This document shows, piece by piece, positions 17,519 through 24,597 of a DNA stretch of 34,771 bases. The DNA comes from a virus (taxonomy: Duplodnaviria; Caudoviricetes). Numbering within the stretch: position 1 is the stretch's first letter; each line of letters opens with the position of its first letter. The notes under the pieces are model-generated. The model made no database searches and was not told the DNA's origin. It saw nothing but the letters and a program-made list of their open reading frames with translations. Both the position numbers and the translations under genes were made by a program. The stretch is from the IMG/VR virus record IMGVR_UViG_3300017910_000227, positions 1 to 34,771 of that record; one strand, written 5' to 3'.

Positions 17519-17841
17519 CAGAGGTTTCCGCCGCCTGTTCTAAATGCCCGGTTCTGGTGATCGTTCAGCCACGCCTTCCATGCCTTTTGATTTTCACGCA
17601 TCGGTCCGAACTTCTCCAGAAGGTGATTGTACACCACGTTCGGAATTTCGGCCACCTGCTGTGCGTGGCGCTGTGTGTTACCGATCAGTGAGCCGGGACG
17701 GTAGTCGTTTGCCATCTGCTTGTTTAGCTTCAGCAGGTCGCCAAACTCCTGCCGCTGTTCAATGTGCATTGAGCCATCTTCGTGCTGGTGCATTACGATT
17801 TCTTTGCGCTCTCTTGGGCTGGTGTAAAGATATCGTTTCAT
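17518..17841 (-). CDS. Conserved hypothetical protein downstream of the capsid gene
   Basis: 107 aa; VAEIP..V...WLND..NRAFRT motif; GAGG RBS. Confidence 0.75.
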   Translation of the reverse strand: MKRYLYTSPRERKEIVMHQHEDGSMHIEQRQEFGDLLKLNKQMANDYRPGSLIGNTQRHAQQVAEIPNVVYNHLLEKFGPMRENQKAWKAWLNDHQNRAFRTGGGNL

Positions 17842-17850
17842 TTTGTCCTC

Positions 17851-17882
17851 ATAGAAGAGAGGGCGGCCAAAGCCGCCCTCTC
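17851..17882 (-). terminator. Hairpin after the major capsid gene
   Basis: 11-bp stem GAGAGGGCGGC / GCCGCCCTCTC (17857-17882) with a 4-nt loop, then TTCTAT on the minus strand (weak U-tract, probably leaky). Confidence 0.7.
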
Positions 17883-17888
17883 GTTAGA

Positions 17889-18839
17889 TTACGAGCCGTT
17901 CAGATCGAGGATCATTGCGTGCGCTTTGGGCGCCGTGGGCTTCAATGCCCACTCGATCACGATGTGGCTTTCCGTCGCGTCGCCGACCTTGGCGAGGTCT
18001 TCCTCAAGGAAGTTACGACCGTTCAGCGTGCAGATCGACACAAAGTCCGGGTCAACCAAGAAGACGCGGTCGTTGCCAAGCTGGCGAGAGGGGGTCGCCT
18101 CAACAGTACCGAAGTCGCCAAGAAACACCGAAGTCGATCCGACATAGGTCACTTCCTTAGCAGCGGTCATGTTCACGTCATTGCTGACGAGGTTGCCCGA
18201 CGCAGCCAAATCGGAAAAATTGGCTTTGTTCGTGGCACTCATAAGCATTAGACGAGGGTTGCCGCCGTCGGCCCATGCGTCCTGCTGCGCGTCCTCAATG
18301 AGGGCGAGCGTCAGTGCGCGGTCGGTGCCGCCGGTTACTGCATCGGAGCCGTCGCCAGTAGCGAAAGCGCCGGAGCCAGCGCCGACAGAGCCGTTGGTGA
18401 TCCAGCAAGACAGCGAAGCCGACTTGCGAGGCTCAGACGCGGAACGAGCAACATCAGTGTCACCGACCATCTTTTCGATGTCGCGGCGCAGTTCCAGTGC
18501 CTTCAGCACCTTCTGATAGTTGTGTTCCCGCTCACGGCCTGCGGTATCTACTGCATCCAGAGTGCCGGAGGTCGCGAAGACCTTTTTGGAAATCTGGTGG
18601 TAGTTACCGATCCTAGAGGTCGGCGTTGCCGCCGCTGTGGCGGTGTCGGCACCTTCGTTGTGAAAGTTCGTGGTGCTGGCAGATGCCAGTTCCTGAACTT
18701 GCCACTCGGTAAAGATACCGTTCGAGGTTTCCTTCTTCACGTTCGAGAAGATAGGTGTTTCTGCGGGATCGATCCGATAAATTACATCGGCTAACTGCTC
18801 CCTTTCGCCGACTGCTGCGGCGGTTGCGAAAGTCGTCAT
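17889..18839 (-). CDS. Major capsid protein (DUF5309/SU10-like)
   Basis: 316 aa; GEREQLADVIYRIDPAETP, EWQ..EL, NYHQI..K, ELRRDIE and DFG motifs; between the scaffold and a hairpin. Confidence 0.85.
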   Translation of the reverse strand: MTTFATAAAVGEREQLADVIYRIDPAETPIFSNVKKETSNGIFTEWQVQELASASTTNFHNEGADTATAAATPTSRIGNYHQISKKVFATSGTLDAVDTAGREREHNYQKVLKALELRRDIEKMVGDTDVARSASEPRKSASLSCWITNGSVGAGSGAFATGDGSDAVTGGTDRALTLALIEDAQQDAWADGGNPRLMLMSATNKANFSDLAASGNLVSNDVNMTAAKEVTYVGSTSVFLGDFGTVEATPSRQLGNDRVFLVDPDFVSICTLNGRNFLEEDLAKVGDATESHIVIEWALKPTAPKAHAMILDLNGS

Positions 18840-18863
18840 AACTTTTCCTTTCAGGTTGCGGGT

Positions 18864-19871
18864 CTACTTGCGACCCATGAGATACTCAACAGCGGCATCC
18901 ACCGTACCGGCGCTTTCAAAGCGCTTTCTAGCTTCTTGCCGAGAACGACTAGCAACTTCGCGCTTGGTCTTTGGTCGCCCTGCCTTAGCCATCTTCGGAG
19001 CTTTTCGGGTCCGCTTTTTGGCGGCGGGTTTCTTCTCCTGAAGCTGGTCCCACTGCCACGCCTTGTAGAGAAGCTCGATAGCGCGCGCATCAGATGCGTT
19101 TGCAATCTCCTCCTCCGAAAACCCGATCCGCTTCTGAGCGTAGGTAATCACTTCCCTGCGCTCCGCCTCGCGAACTTCCTCATCCTGCCACGCAGGAATG
19201 CGGCTGAGCATGTCAGTTCTCTGCACCTCGAGATGCTTGCGAAGCTCCTGCTCCTGTTCGCGAGACTTCTCCTGCGCTATACGTTGCTGTTCGGCCTGAA
19301 CCTGCTTCTGGTATTCCTTCTGCTGGTCCCACTCGGCCTTGTACAGGAACAAGTCGCGCTCGGACATAGTCTCGGCTAATGCTCTCCAGTCAGGCTCTTG
19401 CTGAGTTGTCTGCTGGATTTGGGCAGCCAACTGATCAAGTTGCTGCGCGTAAGCGTCTCGAATTTGTCTCGTTTCAGCTTGCTCCGCCTCAAAGGCTTTG
19501 CGCTGTTCGGCTAACTCCATCGAACGCTTAGTGTACGCCTGCTGCCGCGAATAACCGCTTTGAAGCTCGTCGAGGGTTACCTCTACCTCTTGGCCGTCCA
19601 CCTTTACGGTGTAGACCTCGGGGGGTTCCTCTTCGTACTCCTCGCCGTCATCCGCCTCATAGGCGTCTTCGCCCTCATCGTCTTCTGCATACTCTTCTTC
19701 CGAGGTCGCGTCTGCGATGTCCTCTTCCGGTTCGTATGCTTCAGGCTCAGGCTGTTGAGGCTCTCGGGCCTCGACCTGCTCTTCTGTCACGGTGTCCGCT
19801 GGGGGCGTGTTCAGAAGAGAAACTGCATCGGTTAAAGAAATGGCTCCGGTTCCTTGCGGATTGTCGGACAT
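18864..19871 (-). CDS. Capsid scaffolding protein
   Basis: Acidic N-terminus, YTVKVDGQEVEVTLDELQSGYSRQQAYTKR, coiled coil and basic C-terminus. Confidence 0.85.
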   Translation of the reverse strand: MSDNPQGTGAISLTDAVSLLNTPPADTVTEEQVEAREPQQPEPEAYEPEEDIADATSEEEYAEDDEGEDAYEADDGEEYEEEPPEVYTVKVDGQEVEVTLDELQSGYSRQQAYTKRSMELAEQRKAFEAEQAETRQIRDAYAQQLDQLAAQIQQTTQQEPDWRALAETMSERDLFLYKAEWDQQKEYQKQVQAEQQRIAQEKSREQEQELRKHLEVQRTDMLSRIPAWQDEEVREAERREVITYAQKRIGFSEEEIANASDARAIELLYKAWQWDQLQEKKPAAKKRTRKAPKMAKAGRPKTKREVASRSRQEARKRFESAGTVDAAVEYLMGRK

Positions 19872-19880
19872 AAAAATCTC

Positions 19881-20159
19881 CTAGTTTATTCGGCCATAAC
19901 GCCTGAACTCATCAAGCTGGGCCTTTGCCAACTTACCATCCTCGACAACGCTTTGAAAATACCCCTTAACGGCGCCAAGTGCCTGCATAAGGTGGAATAG
20001 CTTTTCGCGTGCCTCACTATCATCGACGCTGGATGTCTTCCACGCCTCGATGAATTGCTCGTCGAGATACTCAAAAGCCTCGACAAAAAGTTCATTACGC
20101 AGCAGCGCCTCAGCCCTAGCCGCTCGGTCCTGCCGCTGTCTTGCCTTGTGCTCGTTCAT
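19881..20159 (-). CDS. Conserved small head-associated protein
   Basis: 92 aa helical protein between the portal region and the scaffold. Confidence 0.7.
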   Translation of the reverse strand: MNEHKARQRQDRAARAEALLRNELFVEAFEYLDEQFIEAWKTSSVDDSEAREKLFHLMQALGAVKGYFQSVVEDGKLAKAQLDEFRRYGRIN

Positions 20160-21244
20160 GCCAGCAATGTGTATCCATCCAGTTTCGGTGGCGTGCTGTA
20201 AAAGCTCGGCGTCACGGCGCCGCCCATGCGGAAGGCGCGGTTTGCCGAAGCGAAGTCCATCGGCGAGCCGAAGCCTGCGCCATAGCGCTCCTGAAAGCCC
20301 ATCAGACCCTCCGGGGCCACATCCAGCAGACCAGAGCGCACAAAGCGCTCGCCGGGCGTAGTGTCAACCGTGGTGCGCTCCATCGGCTTTTTACGGCATG
20401 CCTGAAGGTCTTCGTCGAAGATGTATCCGTCGGGACACTTCTCCTCCCCGGTGGCAGGGTCAGTGACGGTGCCGGTGATCTCCGGCTCACCATCACCCTG
20501 ACGCATCCGGCGCTCTTCTTCCTCAGCAATCGGGTCGCGGCCGGTCAGGCGTCCGCGCTCGTCGCGGTATCCGGTGAGGCGGCCTGCCGTGTCATACACA
20601 GGCGAGAACAGGTTCGGGTCCGAAAGATAAAGCTGATACGCTTCGCTGTCGCGTCCGCCCATGCGGCTACCGAAGCCCTCAAGAAAACGCTCATTCATAA
20701 ACCGCGTGGGTGCGCCGAAAAAGCCGGGAGATGCAGCCGCAATGTTTGACTGCGCCGCAGCAGCCGCATCCGAAAGCATCGCCTGATACGCATCAAATCC
20801 AGCTTGCCGCTGATTTAGGCCCATCGAACGAGCGGCTTCTTGCGCCCTAAATGCGGTCGCGGGGTCCACGGCTGGCGGCAAGGGCAAGCCAGACCCAAAC
20901 AAAGTGCCAGCCATCGCGGCTTCTTGCGCGCGAAACTGCTCGGCGGCGCGAGCGCGAGCCTCTTCTGCGGCCAGCGCCGCAAGCTCGATCTCCTGCTGTC
21001 GCGCAATCTCTTGACGCTGTGCGTCGCGCACCGCCATTTCATTGAGCCTGTCCTGAATGTTCGAGGCTGTCTGTTGAGCCGCCAAGGTGGTGGCAATCCG
21101 ATCAGCCGTATTCGCTGCCCTTTCAACATCACGCTGCCGCCTTTCAGAACTTCGTTCAGTTCTGGCCGGGGTGCGAGACGGACTGCGCGACACACCACTG
21201 GGGCGGCCGCGCTCTCCAAATGACATTTCGTAATGACCGGGCAT
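20156..21244 (-). CDS. Hypothetical protein (possible internal virion protein)
   Basis: 362 aa immediately after the portal; coiled coil and a single CPDGYIFDEDLQAC motif. Confidence 0.7.
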   Translation of the reverse strand: MPGHYEMSFGERGRPSGVSRSPSRTPARTERSSERRQRDVERAANTADRIATTLAAQQTASNIQDRLNEMAVRDAQRQEIARQQEIELAALAAEEARARAAEQFRAQEAAMAGTLFGSGLPLPPAVDPATAFRAQEAARSMGLNQRQAGFDAYQAMLSDAAAAAQSNIAAASPGFFGAPTRFMNERFLEGFGSRMGGRDSEAYQLYLSDPNLFSPVYDTAGRLTGYRDERGRLTGRDPIAEEEERRMRQGDGEPEITGTVTDPATGEEKCPDGYIFDEDLQACRKKPMERTTVDTTPGERFVRSGLLDVAPEGLMGFQERYGAGFGSPMDFASANRAFRMGGAVTPSFYSTPPKLDGYTLLA

Positions 21245-21246
21245 CC

Positions 21247-23253
21247 CTAGCTCCTCGGCAGGTTGGTTGAAATGTTGCCGCCAGACGCAGCCAAGGCAAT
21301 CCTAAGCTCCGCCTCAGCGGCAAGCTCTTGCTTGCGAAGCTCGATCTCCATCATCATCTTCTCGCGCTGAAGCTCAAGCTCAAGCTGCATCTTCTCTCGC
21401 TTCAGGGCCATCTCCTGCTCAAACTTCATAATCTCAGGATCGGGCTGCGGAGCCTGTTGTTGCGCCTGCTGCATCATCATCTGCTGGCGGATCATCTGAG
21501 GCGAGTTGAAGAACTGATCGACATCCTTGAAGCCGCCGATCTCAGCGATCGAGCGCAGCGTGTTCACATACTGCTCTATCGATACAATCGGGTTCTGCGG
21601 CCCAAGCTGTGTCAGGATTTGCTCCTGTTTTGCCGCGACCTGCGTCAGGAAGGCGATCTTTGTTTCATCGTCTGTAGTGCCAAGGCCAACCTGCACGATG
21701 ATGTCAAACTGTGACTTCCACTCCGCAGGGTTGATCGGCACGAAGCTATTCCGCAGGCGGAAGACCTTCGGCTTGTTGTCGTGCTTCAGGACCAGATGCA
21801 GGATGCCCTTGAACAAGTCCTTCACGCCGGTCTCGGCCATTGTGCGTGCGTAGCTCTCCAGCTTTACCTGAGCGCCGCGAACCGTCGCCGCAACCGCGCT
21901 GGCAGTCGAGGACTGCAAGGCGTCAGGCGACAATCCCATTGACGCCTTCGACATGCCGGTGCGGTTCTCTTTGACGCTGTCGAGGTAATCCATCAGCGGC
22001 CTGATCTCACCGCCAACAGACGCGCCGGTGATCTGCTGCACCATGCCGGGCTGACGCGCACGAATGATCCCGCCAGCCGAGCCATCGAGCAAGTCATCGA
22101 GGTTCACCTGACCCTCGACCGCGATCATGCGCGGCAGCGTGCTGCTGTAGACGCTGTCGAGATATTGGCGCATCAGCGTGGTCTTGATGACCTGCAAGTC
22201 CTCGGTTAGGTCATAGATCGACCGACCGATCAGACGGTGCGGCATCAGGATCGGTGAGCACACCGCGAACGGCATGTGATCCCACGGCTCATTGTGCAAG
22301 ATGTACGAGCCATCGCCGCCAATCGCGCAGATGCGGCGACGCTCGGCGATCCCGTCGCCGTCGAAGTCCACGTTCATAATGCACTCATGGTAAATCACCG
22401 AGCGCAGGGTCGGATCGGCCGGATCAACGCCGGTCGCTGCCTCAAGGTCTTGGAAGCGGTTGTTCACTTCGCGGTCGGTGTCTAGCTCGTTTTCACCTGC
22501 GTATTGCTCGATGATGTCCCGGTCGTAGCCCATCGACACAAGCTCCGACACGGTCATCGATGTGCGGTGCGCGACGAAGTGCGCGTCATCAAGCGACACA
22601 GTATGACGCGAAACAAGGAACTCCTCGGGCGGCACATTGATCGCCTTGATCTCGCCTGATTTGCGCGTGACGCGAACCGACAGATCATACTGCACATCGA
22701 GCGGAACCTCGACGCCGTCCTCATCCATCATCGACTGCATCACGGTCTCGCGCTGCTCGACGATCTCGACGCTCGGGTCGTTCAGCAGAAGAACAAGCTC
22801 GGCCTCGGTCAGGCCGTTATACTCTTCCTCATCAACCTCTTCGACCTCTTCATAAAAGAACTTGATCACGCCAGCGCGGAACAGCAGCGCGTCCTTGAAA
22901 AAGGTATGTAACAGTTTGTAACCGTCGTTTTTGTTCTGGATGATATAGTTGACATAATCGGACGCCTGCTCGGCAACCTCGACATCCTCACCAGAGCGCG
23001 GGGCGAAGCGAACGTATTTGTCGTTTGTCGTAAACACCCGCATCAGGTTGGGCATGATCGCCTCAACCGTGTCGGCAAGCTCGGTGGCGACGACAGCAGA
23101 TCGACCCTCCACCTCGTTGCCAAGCGGCTCGCCAAGGTAGAAGTCGAGTGCGCGCAGACGGTCCTGCGTGTACTCGCTGTCGAAGTGGTTCAGCGCGTCA
23201 GTGATCTCTCCGCTGACGATTGACCCAAGCTGTACCTCGTCCATCTCTGTCAT
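21247..23253 (-). CDS. Portal protein (P22-like)
   Basis: 668 aa; ALDFYLGEP.GNE.EGRS, D.VE.IMPNLMRVF, VPPEEF and a C-terminal Gln-rich coiled coil. Confidence 0.9.
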   Translation of the reverse strand: MTEMDEVQLGSIVSGEITDALNHFDSEYTQDRLRALDFYLGEPLGNEVEGRSAVVATELADTVEAIMPNLMRVFTTNDKYVRFAPRSGEDVEVAEQASDYVNYIIQNKNDGYKLLHTFFKDALLFRAGVIKFFYEEVEEVDEEEYNGLTEAELVLLLNDPSVEIVEQRETVMQSMMDEDGVEVPLDVQYDLSVRVTRKSGEIKAINVPPEEFLVSRHTVSLDDAHFVAHRTSMTVSELVSMGYDRDIIEQYAGENELDTDREVNNRFQDLEAATGVDPADPTLRSVIYHECIMNVDFDGDGIAERRRICAIGGDGSYILHNEPWDHMPFAVCSPILMPHRLIGRSIYDLTEDLQVIKTTLMRQYLDSVYSSTLPRMIAVEGQVNLDDLLDGSAGGIIRARQPGMVQQITGASVGGEIRPLMDYLDSVKENRTGMSKASMGLSPDALQSSTASAVAATVRGAQVKLESYARTMAETGVKDLFKGILHLVLKHDNKPKVFRLRNSFVPINPAEWKSQFDIIVQVGLGTTDDETKIAFLTQVAAKQEQILTQLGPQNPIVSIEQYVNTLRSIAEIGGFKDVDQFFNSPQMIRQQMMMQQAQQQAPQPDPEIMKFEQEMALKREKMQLELELQREKMMMEIELRKQELAAEAELRIALAASGGNISTNLPRS

Positions 23254-23490
23254 TTACTTTGCCTTTGTCTTAGCGCCCTTGGGACGACCTCGCTTTTTCG
23301 GAGCCGCCTTTTTCGGGGCTTCGGCTACAGGCTGGTCACCCTTCATCAGGACATTGCCCTTGCTGGTATTGACGTTCCGAGGCTTTTGCGTCCGCGACGG
23401 GCCAGCGTCAGGGGGAGGCATCTTGCCCATGATACAAACATTCATGGGAATGCAGCGCTTTGGATGTCCACAGTTTCCACAATCAATCAT
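23254..23490 (-). CDS. Small basic protein with Cys cluster and AT-hook-like KKRGRPK tail
   Basis: CGNCGHPKRC..C at the N-terminus; PKKAAPKKRGRPK at the C-terminus. Confidence 0.7.
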   Translation of the reverse strand: MIDCGNCGHPKRCIPMNVCIMGKMPPPDAGPSRTQKPRNVNTSKGNVLMKGDQPVAEAPKKAAPKKRGRPKGAKTKAK

Positions 23491-23744
23491 GCTTTCCTAC
23501 TCCTAGAGCGCGCAGACTTGTAGATATCTTTGTCCGCAGTCCGCGCCTTGTCGCCACGAATGTAGCTGTTAACCCGGCCCATAGCCCACGCAGCCATTGG
23601 GACGTTTCGCGAGCCAGACGAGAGATACGCGCCTTGGCCTCGGCGATATACTTTTGCAAGCTCTCCATAGGTCATGTTCGCTTTCTTTGCTTTCTCGCGA
23701 AGCGTCTTCTTGGTCGCCTCAGAAAGTGGTTTAGCTTTTGCCAC
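23487..23744 (-). CDS. Small basic protein, DUF5824-like C-terminal half
   Basis: VYRRGQGAY...AWAMGRVNSY..G...TADKD recalls a family also seen in algal NCLDV genomes (from memory). Confidence 0.65.
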   Translation of the reverse strand: MAKAKPLSEATKKTLREKAKKANMTYGELAKVYRRGQGAYLSSGSRNVPMAAWAMGRVNSYIRGDKARTADKDIYKSARSRSRKA

Positions 23745-23940
23745 GTCTCTTTTTCCTTTTCGCCTGTGCGGCGCGCGAAGCGCTAACCTTCTTCACGTCG
23801 ATGTTCCGCCCCTCTTTGTAGGCTTTGGCGGTGCGCTTAATCTCCGCTGCCTTGCGGCGACGAGAGCGCGAGCCACGAAGGTATTTTTCCGGCAGCTTGG
23901 TTCTCTTGTCTTTTGGGACACTAGGAAACCTCCGCGACAT
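23731..23940 (-). CDS. Small Lys/Arg-rich protein
   Basis: ATG at 23940 (TGATG overlap); LPEKYLRG motif. Confidence 0.7.
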   Translation of the reverse strand: MSRRFPSVPKDKRTKLPEKYLRGSRSRRRKAAEIKRTAKAYKEGRNIDVKKVSASRAAQAKRKKRRGKS

Positions 23941-24116
23941 CAAGCCCTCTTTCTGGCCTTTTTCTTCGCAGCATCAGATAGCTGACCGAAGTGAAACAGC
24001 TTCTTGCTCGACGCAGTGTGCCGGGCGCCGCTGTGAAGAGAACCGTCAGGCATCTTGTGCGTGCCGCCCTTGTGGCGGGTGCCATCACGAAAGTAATGTG
24101 CGACGCCCTTGCCCAT
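23940..24116 (-). CDS. Small His/Lys-rich protein (not in ORF track)
   Basis: MGKGVAHYFRDGTRHKGGTHKMPDGSLHSGARHTASSKKLFHFGQLSDAAKKKARKRA, 58 aa, with stop/start overlaps on both sides. Confidence 0.75.
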   Translation of the reverse strand: MGKGVAHYFRDGTRHKGGTHKMPDGSLHSGARHTASSKKLFHFGQLSDAAKKKARKRA

Positions 24117-24214
24117 TAGCCAGCGTACTTTCCGAGCACCTCGTTCGAGGCTTTGCCGCCCTTCTTGCCACCCTTTTTGCCGCCGTTCATGCCCTTGCCT
24201 TTACCGTATCCCAT
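24116..24214 (-). CDS. 32-aa Gly/Lys peptide (not in ORF track)
   Basis: MGYGKGKGMNGGKKGGKKGGKASNEVLGKYAG; AAGGAAGG RBS; TAATG coupling to the next gene. Confidence 0.6.
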   Translation of the reverse strand: MGYGKGKGMNGGKKGGKKGGKASNEVLGKYAG

Positions 24215-24380
24215 CGTGCTTTTCCTTCCTTGAATAAGAGCCTCGCCCCTTGCGTGGCTTCACGATTTGATGCCTCAGCCCTCGAAGGGACCGCGCCACA
24301 GGATTACCACTTAGTGCGGTGGCTCCAGTAACGCGCCGAAAAGAAGTCCGGGTTCGGGTCTTGCGCGTTGTGCCTCGCAT
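24201..24380 (-). CDS. ArfA-like peptide (not in ORF track); start is ATG 24380 or GTG 24299
   Basis: ...NPVARSLRGLRHQIVKPRKGRGSYSRKEKHDGIR*. KPRKGRGSYSRKEKH matches the E. coli ArfA segment KNKKGKGSYMRKGKH (recalled) at 10 of 15 positions. Confidence 0.55.
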   Translation of the reverse strand: MRGTTRKTRTRTSFRRVTGATALSGNPVARSLRGLRHQIVKPRKGRGSYSRKEKHDGIR

Positions 24381-24597
24381 AATACGACCTGCGCCGTTCC
24401 TTCTCCGCCTTCGTCTTCGGCTTCTTGCCTGCGCCGCTAACGCCCTGCTGACCGAAGCGGATCAGCTTAACCTTATCACCCTTTTTCGCCACAACAACAT
24501 GCGACTTGTCAGGGTGGTTCGGAGTGCGTTTCGGCTTATTGTACTCTCTAACGCCTGCTTTAGCTAGACGGGGGTCTTTAGGGGCGCGTGGGGCCAT
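24304..24597 (-). CDS. Small basic protein, DUF5754-like
   Basis: KLIRFGQQG...RRRSYYARH...SARYWS...W motif. Confidence 0.7.
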   Translation of the reverse strand: MAPRAPKDPRLAKAGVREYNKPKRTPNHPDKSHVVVAKKGDKVKLIRFGQQGVSGAGKKPKTKAEKERRRSYYARHNAQDPNPDFFSARYWSHRTKW

